Source of the DNA: Schmidtea polychroa
Taxonomy: Eukaryota
DNA: 64,000 nt
Reading direction: 5' to 3'
NCBI GenBank assembly: GCA_044892525.1
Contig: CM097886.1
Location: 33,542,001-33,606,000 of the forward strand
In this document: one piece after another, positions 24,366 to 37,003 of the stretch
Position numbering within the stretch: position 1 is the stretch's first letter
Layout of the letters: the number at the start of each line of letters is the position of its first letter
The notes under the pieces: generated by a model
Seen by the model: only the letters and a program-made list of their open reading frames with translations
What the model was told of the DNA's origin: nothing
Database searches by the model: none
Translations under genes and position numbers: made by a program

Positions 24366-26149
24366 ATAAGCGCATTTTTATTCAATTATTATTTTGATTA
24401 GTTTTTAGAAATTATTTTTTTATTATATACAATTTTTAGTCAGTTTTTTTTAGTGATTTTTATTGTATTCCACATAATTCGTATTTCATATTATAAATAA
24501 ATTTGAGAAACATTATTTTTCAACAAATATTGCAAAATTAAAATTAAAACTTTAGTATTAATGAAATAAAAACGAATAAAAAGAGAAAATAAAAATTGAA
24601 TTAATGTTTTTGGGTTTTTAACTTAAATGTTATTATAGAAAAAAGATCTCGTAATTGAGTAGCTTTTTTATTTGTATGTTTATGAAATAATTTACTTCAA
24701 CAGTATATATCAGTTGTTTGATTGACATTGTCAGAGCTCTGTCTTTTGTTTCCAAATGCTTTAATTCTTTGATGAAGTCAAACTAGTTTTACTAATGAAT
24801 ATTGCTTCACATATAATACGTTATAATTTTCTATTTTACTATTTAAAAAACTTTAACCTCAATGTTAAATTAATAATATTATTAAAAAAATTAATATTAA
24901 AAAATTAAAATTTGAAATAATACTTTTAATATTTTACATTCAAATTAATTAAGGTATGCTAAAATTATTTAATATTTAATAAAATATTTCTTTATTTTCT
25001 ATCTTTTAACCAAATTTTAAAAATCTTTTATCGTAGAAATTCATCTTAATTTTAATTGAAAAATCTTTGAAGTTTTTAGCTTTAATTTATTCACTTTTAT
25101 TAAATATTGTCAAAAACTGAAAATTTATCAAGAGTATCAATATTTATTTTATATTAACAACTTTGTTTTAATTTGCGTGACCAATTCATTTTGAACCGAT
25201 AAATATATGGGCTAACATTGGTTGACTGATGTTGTTGTCTGTAGGAAATATATTCATAATTATTTATAAATAAAATACATTATAATTAGTATTTCACATT
25301 ACACAGTGTTTCATAAGTTAGCATTTATTTTCAAATATTTCAAAAGTAAAATAGAGTAAATTTGCTCAATTTTTTCTATTTTATAGTATTTTTATAGTAT
25401 AATTATAGTATTATCCAAATTATGCATGTAATTGGATTATTTTGCTTTGGTCCTCAAAACTGAATTTTGAAGCCATTGTTTTTTTCTATTTAAGTATTTT
25501 CTTGTTTTTCTTTAAATTATTGATTTTTTGTTAATAAATAATGACCATATATACTCACTTACTTATGAGAGACCTTTGACATGACTCTTTATTTCACTTT
25601 CGTTTTAATTGCCAGTGGTTGATAAAACCATGAATCAAATATATTCTAATTTTTATTAATCATAAAAAAACTAGATGTCTTTGTAAATTTTTTTTTATAT
25701 TTTAAATTTTAAAGTNNNNNNNNNNNNNNNNNNNNNNNNNNNNNNNNNNNNNNNNNNNNNNNNNNNNNNNNNNNNNNNNNNNNNNNNNNNNNNNNNNNNN
25801 NNNNNNNNNNNNNNNNNNNNNNNNNNNNNNNNNNNNNNNNNNNNNNNNNNNNNNNNNNNNNNNNNNNNNNNNNNNNNNNNNNNNNNNNNNNNNNNNNNNN
25901 NNNNNNNNNNNNNNNNNNNNNNNNNNNNNNNNNNNNNNNNNNNNNNNNNNNNNNNNNNNAAAATTAACTGTAAAATACTGTAAGATGTAAAGATTATATG
26001 CCATTATTTTTCAAATACTCTATTACAGATTTTAATTTGACTCGTGAATAAATTAAGAAAGTGTTATTGTTTCCTTATGCAAAAATACATGTTATTTCAT
26101 AGAAATTTGAATGACTTTGGGGAACTTTTAGGGAACTCTAATTTACAGT

Positions 26150-26580
26150 GCTGGTTCAGAAAATTATAAATAAACTAACCAAAATCAGTAATATGTATTG
26201 TGAAAAATATCCAAGTGATGAAGAGTACTATGTGATTGGTGAAACATGAGAACATTCGATATGCAGTTAAATTAATCAAATGGCAATATTCAAGCTTCAT
26301 TGCTGCTGTAGATGAAGCGTTTGGGAAAATCAATAAGAATCTAAGTTGCAATGAAAATATACTCATCAACAATCGAAATTTCAGTTTTCATGATGCGGTT
26401 AAAGAAATTTAATATAAAGATGAGTAAGGCTTGTTTGTAAATATTTCAATACAGGAATATAAAATGAATGAGAAGGATTTCATATCATCGATTTGGAAAG
26501 TAGATAGCATTATAATGGTATATAAATTCAAATATGATGTACTAAAAATGAAATTGCAATTTCATAGGCTCATTAAATAG
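26150..26580 (+). pseudogene. Unassigned coding remnant, paralogous to 3983-4261
   Basis: LVKHENIRYAVKLIKWQYSSFIAAVDEAFGKINKNLSCNENILINNRNFSFHDAVKEI*..LFVNISIQEYKMNEKDFISSIWKVDS; stops and a frameshift. Confidence 0.55.
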
Positions 26581-27279
26581 AAAATTTAATTTCCAGCAAT
26601 CGAATCTTTGAAGTTCTTATTGGTGACGTAATCTGTGTTTATATCAAAATTTCAGATATTACATAACCCTCTATTCAAACAAAATTTTAAATTAGTACGT
26701 AATCGTCGATTAAAACAAAAATTTAAATAAAACGCAATCATCTATTTTAACATAACTAACAAGATTTTGTGATTTGAGATATTGTTTACATAATAAAATT
26801 AAAACTCTTGAATACCGTTGGATTTTATTGTTTAAGGTCAAAATATTTCAACCTGGAATAAAGGATTAACAGTAGAAATGATAGAGGGTTATTTAAAGAT
26901 CCTTTAAATGTTAGCAAGTGTGTGAAGCAGTTATTAAACACTATATAAAGACTAAACAATGGTAGGTCTTATATGTTTTAGGATGAATCAGCACTTTCTA
27001 ACAATAAATAGTAAATAACTTTTTCCATATCGGAAACCCTTCAACTAGCCAAACTATACTCAATACAATAGATTCATTGAAGTCACTTTTGTCAAAAGAC
27101 CTCTTTATTTACTCATGTAAATGATTCTTGTTCAGCACTGTACAATTAGTAGGTCTAAATAAACCTGAAAGAAAGCTATAAAAAATATATAAACACTTTC
27201 ATAAAGTTTTATTTAGATTGGTCTCAAATATGCACAATTATGTCCTAAAAAACAGTATTATTAGGTTTTATAATATAAA

Positions 27280-27366
27280 ACAATAAAGTGATAATTTAAG
27301 CCTTTAGCTGCAAATAATGTATTTAATGAAAAAATTTTCGACTATAAGATAATTCTTGTCAATCTC
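27280..27366 (-). mobile_element. Fragment of the GACTAT/ATAGTC hammerhead-like repeat family
   Basis: Reverse complement TTGACAAG-AATTAT-ctt-ATAGTC-GAAA-ATTTTTT-C-ATT; flanks match 6372-6460. Confidence 0.7.
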
Positions 27367-29399
27367 CATTTTATAATATAATAATTATAATATTATAATA
27401 TAACAATTATAAATTAATAAAAAATTAAATTTCTTTCACTAAATTAGTGAAAATTAAAAATTTTGTTACATTGAAAATATTTTATGAATTTTATATTTAA
27501 TTAAAAATAAAATTTGAGAAAAACTAAAAAATAATTGACAGATGTTATTATACCTGACTTAATTATTAAAATATTTACTTAAAATCGAAAATAATTTTTA
27601 AAAGACATCAGAAAGTTTAATAAGAATAATTTTTATTAAAATTTATTAATTTTTTTTGTATTATATATTTTTTATCGTATTTACAAAAGAAATTGACTAT
27701 GAATAAAGATATCAAAAATCATCGATTTCTTTACTGATTTATAAATACAATTTCAATTGAAAACACCTCAGAGGTGAAAATCGAAAAAAATTCTTATAAT
27801 ATAGTTTTAGTTAAAATATAAAAGACATAAATAATTAGTAAAATATATAATATACCTTTTCTGTAAGCTTCAAGTTTATTTAAAAGAAAAATCAGAATTT
27901 TCAACTATGAGATTGTCCTCTTCAATCTTTTCTTATTCACATTTTATTTACAACACGTTATATTATGGGAATGGTTAAGATTAAAGCCAAAAAACGTGCC
28001 AAAATAATTTCTTTCTGTTGGTCATTATGTGACGTTTCGACGAAAATCAATTGACCCTTGAAATAATTAACATCTGATATCTTAACGATGGGCCAATATG
28101 ACAGGAATAAATATGAAAAAAATAATTTGAGAACCTTGATAAAATATCTATGCAATTTTAAACTGAACTAATCATTAAATATTTTATTTATTTTCATTCT
28201 GACAGTATCAAAAATAAATTTTTTGACAGTAGAAATTTTTGGCTTTGGCTAGAATTACTTTTTGTCAAAATAAAAACAAATTAAATATCTAAAACAAATA
28301 ACCAAAATATAAAAGATTTCACTAATTATTATAAAATTGCCAAATTAACTGTATAACAAGTCAAATATTTTCCAAATGTTTTTCATTGCAAAACTACACA
28401 AAATATGAAATAATTTTGAAATAAAAATAAATTAACTTTGACAAAAATTAGATTTATTGCTTAATTATATGAAAATTATTGCCGGATTAAAACAATATTG
28501 TCAATAGATTTTATTAAAATTTATTACACCAAGAAAACAAATACAGCAAAAGTTTTTATTACCTTTAATGAGAAAATGATTAATGTTCACCATTTCACGA
28601 ATTTCATTAATTATTTATTAATTATTATAATATTATAAATATAAAGTTTAAAAAAATTATTTAAAATAAAATAATTTAAATAATTTTAGTTGAATTTTGA
28701 ATGTTAATGTAATGTAATGAATTTGAAATTTTGCTTTTTAAAAAATGTCATAAAAATATTTAATTTAGAAAATTTTTCAAAAATATTTAGTTCATTTTTG
28801 TACTTCTTTTAATCAAATATTACATTAAAACATTATTCAAATAAATCGGTAAGTCATTTCCGTAATGTATTTTAATTGAACTATTTTCTTCTTTCCAATA
28901 CAAAATTTTAGTGATCTTCTATTTGAATCTTTCTTTTTGTTATTATGACAGAGCCAGATCTAATATCAGATAACCAAAAGTTAAAAAAATTGAAAATCAT
29001 TAAAATTCTTTATTTTCTGTTCCCTTTTGATCTGTTTTCTTTCGATATTTCATTTATTTTAATTATCATTATAGATCAAACTTTAATGTAAAAATCTTGA
29101 GTATAAGCTGTAGCACGTATTATCTGCACCATTTGCATTGAGGTGATATAGGAGTGTATGCAGTAAGTTGCACACAATTTCTTTGTCATAAACAAAATAA
29201 ACAAAAACAATTTTTATTAATTTTCACTGTAAAAAATATAAACCATAAAAAACATGGTTTTTGAAACTTTCTATATTTCACTCCTAATTTCAACATATTT
29301 TAGATATAATTACGTTATCTCTTTAATCTGAAGTTAATGAATAGATAAGAATTTATAATTGAAATAAGGAAATAACGCTAGATTTGACATCTCAATATT

Positions 29400-29580
29400 A
29401 TTAAATTAAGTCAATCCATGATCAGATCGGTCTGAAATTTTCATGTCGTGCAATGTTCTCGATAACAAATCTACTTGCCAAATTTCAGCTCAATCCAATC
29501 AAGGAAAGTAGGTTAATTTGACCTCTCAAAATTTGCGTGGCACAATCAATCAATCAAACTCGAATTTAATATAGAGAGTA
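29400..29580 (+). mobile_element. DINE/Helentron-associated-like non-autonomous element fragment
   Basis: ctgaaatttt...gccaaatttcagctcaatcc...(caat)n...tttaatatagagag layout recalls HINE/DINE-1 elements. Assigned by pattern only. Confidence 0.4.
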
Positions 29581-29783
29581 AAACACTACAAGCAACCTCC
29601 AAAATACATTGTGATTTTAAAATCACCAAAACAAATGTAAAGAAACAATAATAATATGGTAAGTCATTATGTAGAAGTAATTAGATATTTAATTTAATAA
29701 TAACAATTCTAGTGTTCATTGTTTATATAATAATCGACTGATTTCTGCAATATATTATGTCATTTTTAAATCCACGATTAAAG

Positions 29784-30410
29784 ATGGCTATTGATAGTGA
29801 ACTAAAATAAGAGAAACAGCAAAACTCGTTTAGTTCAGCAAAGAAAAAAAGAAATTATTGAAATAGCTCGTCAATTAGGAAACAACGATATAATATCAAC
29901 GAAACTGTGGTTTGACTGTGGATTGCCCAAGACTTCTTATCAAAACAATGAATCTAAATTGAAGAGCTTTGCGTGGTTGTGGCTAGATATCCGAAACAAA
30001 ATGAAACGTAAATGAGAACTTCAAGTGTCAGTTATGCGAATTCGATGACAGGAATGAGCTCTGAATGTGCTGTTAATTTAATGAAAAGCATGATTTACCC
30101 AATAATCATATTTGTATTTCAATATGATATTCCTTTAGGATATACAGTGGAAACTAGAGGTGTGCTTCAGGTTTTAATTTAAGCTACAGGACACGGGAAA
30201 AGACCTTTTAATGCCAGTTTATGTTTACTAAAGATGGTACCAAGCTTTCACCTTTTGTTATATTGAACAGCAAGACACAGATTCCTGAAGCAAAGGTTAT
30301 CGTTTAATTTAATGGATCCGGTTGAATGAATCTCAAAACGCTTCAGATTTGGCTTAAGAAAGTATGGAAGAATCGAATACACCATTGCCTCAAAAGACAA
30401 AGAGTAATGT
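29784..30410 (+). mobile_element. Decayed pogo/Tigger-family transposase
   Basis: N-terminal SFSSAKKKEIIEIARQLGN (HTH-like) and DDE-region ATGHGKRPF..KDGTKLSPFVILNSKTQIPEAKVIV..G*MN..LQIWLKKVW. Confidence 0.78.
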
Positions 30411-32128
30411 AAGCATAAGGAATTTGTATACCACATTAATCCATAACATGCATTTATTTAACATTTATTTCATTTTTATTTATTTAGTTAGTATATATTT
30501 AATTAATAATTTTAATTACATTCTCACAATTAGTTTTTTAAGAATGTTTGAAATTTTTAAAAATAAATATTTATCGAATGTTTGTGTATTTTCAATTGTC
30601 ACCTCATGCTTGCAAAAATATTAGTATAAGATATTGTTTGTTTAAATAATATTTAGTTTTGGATAAAAAATTTTTTGTTTTTAATGGATGTTATTAATTT
30701 AAGAAATTAAACAAACAAATAGGAATTCTTTCAGTAGCAAAATATAGATTTATTGAAATTTATGTCATAAAACATGAAAATACAAGTGAATGGCAAAGCA
30801 CATGTTTTTGGTTTCTTACCAGGGATTGTCATTAATTGTGCCGTATTCAACATTTAGTCTTTCTTTATATATTAGTGACGTTAATTAATATCTTGTATTG
30901 TTTCTATTTTTAAATCTTGGTTGTTGTAATAATAGAAAGTTAAATTATTTTTTTTCTTCATGTAAATTCTAAATAAATTTTTTAAAATATTTGCAGTAAT
31001 AATTTTAATTTATTAAATCTTGAACTTCCCGGAAGTGTGTTGAGATATTTATTATAACTTATCACTGTAATTTTTTCACATGTCAAATTTTGCAAGGAAT
31101 TAGATTAAATAATTTGGAAGAATTAAAAAAATGGAAATGGAAAAGAAAAATTTAAAACATGTCCAAGAATTCTAACGTTAACATTAATAATGCATATTTT
31201 TTTTCCAAAATCAAAGTTTAAAAATAATTTTAAAATAAAACGAAAGTGGAAAATGAAAATGTAGTGTAGTAATTTACCATTAAAACGATAATAAATTGAA
31301 TTTAAATTGTAAGTATGGAATTATTTCCTGCCTTAATGAGTTCCTGGGTTTTGTTTAAAACTTTATTAATAAAGTGCAAACAGATTTTTCATTTTGTCTT
31401 TTTGGCATTATCTATTTCCAGAGAAAATTTCTTTTTTCTTTGTCTGTTTGATGTTGTGAATAAATTATATAATTCTTGAATTTTAAAGATAAAGAATAAA
31501 GATGAGGAAACATTGTTAATCCGATTATTCCAAATTTAAATTTGTTTTAATCTATTAAAAATTAATTTACTTTAATTTTAACTGTAAATAAAATTTTCAT
31601 CACTGCCTTTAAAGTGTTAATAAAATTCGATAAAATAAGTACCAAAAACTTTTGTTTTAATCGAATAATACAGTTTGGTTTGGAGATAATATTAAACTAA
31701 ATAGCAAAACAACTTGTTAAAAAATAAATTTTGAGCACAAGTTTTCTTGCCTTAAACTTAAAAGCAATTAAAAATTTTTAAGATTTCACAATACTTTTCT
31801 CAGATGAAACAAACTGTTTGTTTGCTTCTTACACAAATTTTTAAAAATAATAATATTTATGAAAGAAATGTTCAAAGTTTGTTTTAGATAGTAAAAAGCA
31901 TTAATTTATAGTCGGAAAATTTCAAAAGAAAATTAAAAACATATAAAAAGAGACCAAAAATCTAAAATATATCACCCACCGTATATTATTATGAAGCAAA
32001 GTATTCAGCTTAATACGTTGACAGGATTATTTTTCCCTTCGTTATTATGTCTCCACTAATTAAATGTAAGTCTTCGTGTACAGTTCTTGTAATTCATTAC
32101 ATTACATCCAATAGCTTATCAATCTTAC

Positions 32129-32501
32129 TATTAGAAGCTCCTAACACATCTTCTAAATTATTTTTTAAATCCGGTTCAAAAGTTAACGTCATAATTTCAA
32201 GTATTTATTTAATGACATATTGTCTAATTTCCAAACAAATTTTTAGCGTTGAATAAAATATTTCAAAAACCCTTCATTATCAAATTTCGATATATATTAT
32301 TAAAATATATTTAAAATATATTTATTTAAAAATGATTTACTAATAAAAAGCTTGTTTAATTTTTTAATTTCAAAATTTCAATTTAAAAAATTCAATTTAA
32401 AAAGGTTTTTAAAAGTTATTTTAAATAGTCAATTATTTATCATTTAAAATAATCTTAATAAATCATTGAAATATTTAATTCTCAGCTGAAAACACCTCAC
32501 A
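32129..32501 (-). repeat. Gypsy 3' LTR (TG...TA)
   Basis: Starts TGTGAGG right after the PPT; homologous to 36771-36918 and 39403-39747. Confidence 0.92.
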
Positions 32502-32514
32502 TCCCCCTTCTTTA
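32502..32514 (-). promoter_or_regulatory. Polypurine tract
   Basis: Minus strand AAAGAAGGGGGA immediately precedes the 3' LTR. Confidence 0.85.
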
Positions 32515-32519
32515 AGAAA

Positions 32520-33431
32520 TTTCTTCATCTTTTCAACATTTTTTTGAAGAATTTTCCCACTTTGGTCTTGTAGCATATATCGGCGATCATGGATCTTCTG
32601 CATTATTCTGTATGGCCCTTCGTATCTTTCCTTGTCTTTCGTTCTTGATTCGACTTTTACTAGAACCTCATCTCCAATATTGATTAATCTTTTGGTTTGC
32701 GTTGTTTCTCGTGTATCTTCTTTTCGTGAAATCGGCGCTTTACTATGAAATTGTTCTCGAGTTATTTTCCTTCAAAATATTACTTCTGCGGGACTTCGCC
32801 TTATTGATTTCTGAAATTTTGCATTCATGGTAAATTCAATCTCTGATATGATCTCTGCCCAATCTGTTCTACTTTTTTCTTTTAATGATGCATTTATATA
32901 GTCTCTTATTGTCCTGAATTGACGTTCTATCACACCATTTGTATTATGGTGGTATGGACTTGAAAAGCATTGTGTAATTCCCATTGATTTTGTAAAATCT
33001 TTCATCGTCTTAGATTCAAATACTTTTCCATAATCTATGTGAATTTCCTTTGGTGCTCCAAATCTAAGAATCCATTTTTGTAGTATCGTTTCCTTCATCA
33101 TTTCCTCATCCTGTTTAGCGACAGCAGTCCGAGACATATATCTGCTAAATTGATCAATCATTGCAACTATATATCTTTTCTTTCTGAAAGTTTCCTGTAA
33201 TGGGCCACATATATCAATGTGCACTTTCTCGCACGGCTTCTCTATTGTCAGTTTTATTGTCTTTTCCTTCATCTTTGTTATCACAACTTTCGTTCTTTGA
33301 TATGCCTCACATTGTCCAATTGTTTCTTTTACTGATTCTTTTATGTCTCCCATATTGTAATTGTCCGCTACATATTTTGTCACCTTTTCTGCTCCTGTGT
33401 GTGATAGCAAAATATGCATACTCTTTATCAT
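32520..33431 (-). pseudogene. Gypsy integrase (HHCC, DDE, GPY/F)
   Basis: HTGAEK..CEAYQR, HIDICGPL, IDQFSRY, SSPYHHNTNGVIER; RYEGPYRI near 32620 in another frame. Confidence 0.95.
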
Positions 33432-33625
33432 TTCTTGTTTTCTGTCTCTAGATATTCATATCTTACCCTCAATAGTTTTCACCACATTGTCTACCAGTAT
33501 AAATTTAAAATTTGAACTGTGCTATTTCCTTTGTTATTTGTTCTATTTCTGTATTATCTTTTTGCCACTTATCTTCATTTGCCAATTATCTTCAGCTTTT
33601 TCAATCGTGTTTATTCTTCAGGTTT

Positions 33626-34060
33626 TCATTCTTTCCACTTTCGCGTCTTCGTGTGCCAATAAACATTATGTGCAAGTTCCACATGTTCCGTACCTTTTCT
33701 ATACTCTATTTTAATATTTAGACTACTAAGGTAGTTAATCCATGTCTGAAATTGCGTTGTTATTGGTTTCTTTGTGGATAACATAAACGTGATAGCATTA
33801 TGGTCCGTTCTCAAAATGAACCATTTTCCATATAAATAATGATTGAAGTGTTGGCAAAAATAATTGATTGCCAGCAACTTTTTCCTTGTTATACAATATC
33901 CCTTATCATGATTTCTCATTGCATGAGAACCGTATGCTATAACCTTTACGCACCCGTTGTCGTCTTTCTGTGATAATACTGCTTCAATCATATCAAAACT
34001 CAAATCAGTATCTAGAATGAATTTGGAAACCCTAGAATAGATGAGGACATTAAAGCATTT
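33626..34060 (-). pseudogene. Gypsy RNase H
   Basis: AVLSQ..VIAYGS..YCITRKKLLAI..FNHYLYG..RTDHNAI..IEYRKG. Confidence 0.93.
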
Positions 34061-34095
34061 TTCATATTTTCAAATGCAATGTTGCATCCGTCAGT

Positions 34096-34938
34096 TCAAA
34101 TTAAATTTTTGTTGTTTAACCCGCATAGCTCTTCTAAAACTCTTGCCTTTTTTGCGTATTCTTTTATAAATCTTATTCCTAGGAAGCTTTTCAGATTCTT
34201 AACACATTTTAGCTTTTCAAATGATTTAATCGCATCTAGCTTTGACGGGTTCGTCTTTATTCCATTTTTGTTGGTTATGTGACCTAAAGATTTGACTTCC
34301 TCTTTAAGGATATGGCACTTTTCAGGGTTTATCCTAAGACCCGCCTTTCCAATTTTATCCAGCATTTCATTTAAAACTTCGTAGTGATGATTGATCGTTT
34401 CTGGAAATATCAAAATATCTTCTAGGTATACTGCATATCTCGTACCCATTAATACTTTTCCCATCAGTTCCTGAAATGTACCTGATGCCGCTGGTATTCC
34501 ATATGGCATTCTGTTAGAACAGTATTGACCTGGTTGAAACGCTGTTTTTAACTTTGATTCGTCTTCTAGTTCTACTTGATAATATGCATTTCCAAGATCT
34601 ATCAAACTGAAATACTTTTCTCCATCCAATTTATCTAACATCTCTGTTATATTCGGCATAAGGAACGCTCGTCTCTCTGTTACTAGGTTTAATTGCCTGA
34701 AATCAAGGCCTAATCTGATATCTTGCTTTTCTTTCTTTCAGACGCATATTATTGCAATGTTCCATGGCGAATTACACTTTTTGATAACATTGTTTTCCCA
34801 TAAGATTTTTATTGCTTCATCTATTTTACCTTCCAAGTTAACCGGTTGTCTCCAAGGTTTAATATTTATCGGTTTTCCTTGAGTTGCTATTTTATGCTTC
34901 AACAACTTTGTGCAGTCAATGTCACATTTATCAGCCAT
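34096..34938 (-). pseudogene. Gypsy reverse transcriptase (frameshifted, YxDD decayed to YLED)
   Basis: KPINIKPWR, SPWN, FSLIDLGNAYYQVEL, RMPYG, YLEDILIF, NPEKC, LGH. Confidence 0.95.
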
Positions 34939-35020
34939 AAATACATTTTGATTCTTTTTTATAATGTTTAGTAGTATCGGGTTACTTATCTATAAAGTAT
35001 TCTTTGCTCTTTGAAATCGT

Positions 35021-35700
35021 TCAATCTCCGTTTTTGTCTTCCCAAATTTTGCTTCGATACTGCATATGTGCTCTTGCTTCGCTTTCTCGACCTCTTCTAC
35101 TCGCCATTTTTGTTGTATACCAAATTGTTTTTTGCAACTCTATACCACCAATTATCTCTGGAGTTATATATCTTACTATCGTAAACTTTACCCATCTTTT
35201 CCTGCTATTTATTCCTATTTCTAATATTGCATTACCTTTCGTTTCTAAAACACTATTATTTACACATCTCAATGTGTTAGTCGTTGTTGTTAGCTCTACA
35301 TCTTTAAGTTTCTTAAATTTTCTCCAACTCGTGACATTTACTGTAGCGCCATATCGAGCAAGCATTCCATATTCTGGTCTTGTATTCTAATAGTTGCACT
35401 TGGTCAGCCTTGCATTTTATCATAACTAATAATTTCATTTTTCCATTCGTCTAATGTGAGTATTTGTATTTAAGTATTCTCTTTCTATTTCTGCAAAATC
35501 CTTTTTTATGAATCGGTTTACTTTCCTTATTACATTATTTTCTTCTTCCGTTACCTTTGTATCTTTAACATCTTTTTCTCTAATACATGATATTTTACTT
35601 TTATTAAAATAATTAATAATTTGGGAGTCAGCATCGCTGTTTAATACACTGCACCGACTATCTCCTCTTCTATCGGGGTGTTGATATTTGGGTATTCTCT
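35021..35700 (-). pseudogene. Gypsy aspartic protease region, degenerate
   Basis: LNSDADSQII near 35630 (decayed LDSGA motif), followed by ETKGNAILEIGIN..IIGGIE. Confidence 0.65.
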
Positions 35701-35989
35701 GTATTTATCTTCTATTCTTTCATCACTTGGTTCGTCTATGAATCCTACGTATCTCTTGTCTGCTTGTCTTGTATCCTTTCTAATTCCTTGATAACGATGC
35801 CCTACTTCGTATCAATCTTGTTGTATTCCAAAATTTTCATTTATTCTCAGATATCTCATCCTCTCAAAATTTTTGTAACAATGTGCCTTTTTATGACCTC
35901 TCAAGCTACACCTCGTACACCTTATTTTTTGGCAATCTCTTCTTATGTGTCACGGGGTACCACACGCATAACATTCGACTACCTTTCTC

Positions 35990-36770
35990 TGCATCTGTGG
36001 ACACTGACTTCTTACATGTCCTTGTTTTTCACATGTAAAACATCTAACTGCCTTCTTTGTTGTGCAATCTTTACTCATATGTCCTACCCTGTGACATATC
36101 CAACATTCATTCTTAGTTCTGTTCGGTCTTTCTTCTCAATACTCTCTCGGCTCGCTATTATATCTTGGTGATACAATATTTCTTGCTTGATTTGTTACCG
36201 CGTCTCTGTAACTTCTTCTTATATTCTGTTCTGGTCTTCTTTCTCTCACTGCATAGATCTCTTGTGCAACTGTATAAGATTCGTGTAACTTCTTAATTTT
36301 TTTCTTCACTTCTGTTGTTCCTTTGGTGTCACTTAGACACAATTCTCGTTTTAAAGTCTTCTCGGCTGCACAATGTACCAGCAGATATTCTGTTAAATTT
36401 TCCTTGTTTAACTCATGCCCCAATATTTTATCGACTAACTCGTCTATGATAGTAAAATATTTATCGGGCTCCTCACTCGTCTGTCTATAAGACATAGTAG
36501 ATTGTATATCCTCTGCCAAACCTTTTTTCTTGACAAATGCCTTCCACAATCCTTCCTTATAATATTTGATATTTTGGTCAACTCCTGTATATACATATCT
36601 TATCAGTTTATCGATCAGTAATTCGACCATCACTTCTTGTCTTGAAGTAGGCATTTGTACCATTTTAAAATATTTATCGCATTCTTTAATGAATGATTCA
36701 ACATCATCTTCTCTATGATAATCGTTTGGAAATAGTTTCTTTATGAAGAAACCCATAAGCGTGGTCAACA
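35990..36770 (-). pseudogene. Gypsy gag with two CCHC zinc knuckles (in-frame TGA at 36136-36138)
   Basis: ORF 36136-36834 continues in frame past the stop to CWICHRVGHMSKDC..CFTCEKQGHVRSQC. Confidence 0.9.
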
Positions 36771-36918
36771 TATTAGAAACTCCTAACATATCTTCTAAAT
36801 TATTTTTGAAATCCGGTTCAAAAGTTAACGTCATAATTCTAAGTATTTATTTAATGAAATATTTTCCAAATAAATTTTCAGCGTTGAATAAAATATTTCA
36901 AAAATCATTTATTAAAAT
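36771..36918 (-). repeat. Gypsy 5' LTR, only the internal-proximal ~150 bp retained
   Basis: Matches 32129-32280; homology stops at ~36918. Confidence 0.9.
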
Positions 36919-36961
36919 AAGATAAACATTACAAGCTTTGTGATACCCAGTGCAAATCCCA

Positions 36962-37003
36962 ATAGTAGACTAGTTTCGAGCTTTTGGCTCTCATCAGTAC
37001 TAT
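36962..37003 (-). ncRNA. Canonical minimal type I hammerhead ribozyme
   Basis: ATAGTA-CTGATGA-GAGC-caaaa-GCTC-GAAA-CTAGT-C-TACTAT: 6-bp stem I, 4-bp stem II, palindromic stem III ACTAGT, GUC cleavage triplet. Confidence 0.9.

Larger units (their letters stand above)
32129..36918 (-). mobile_element. Degenerate Ty3/Gypsy LTR retrotransposon (gag-PR-RT-RH-IN), 5' LTR truncated
   Basis: Domain order, two related LTRs and a PPT; multiple frameshifts and stops. Confidence 0.97.

Noticed and set aside
17874-26004. ORF-track entries spanning N-runs (e.g. 17874-18110, 20797-21124, 21609-21914, 22021-22341, 25702-26004; also 54972-55214)
   Set aside because: They are open only because gaps translate as X; these are assembly artefacts.
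36771-36834. Gag ORF apparently starting inside the LTR (MTLTFEPDFKNN)
   Set aside because: Chance upstream extension; the same frame appears in other LTR copies, and the real start is probably a downstream Met.
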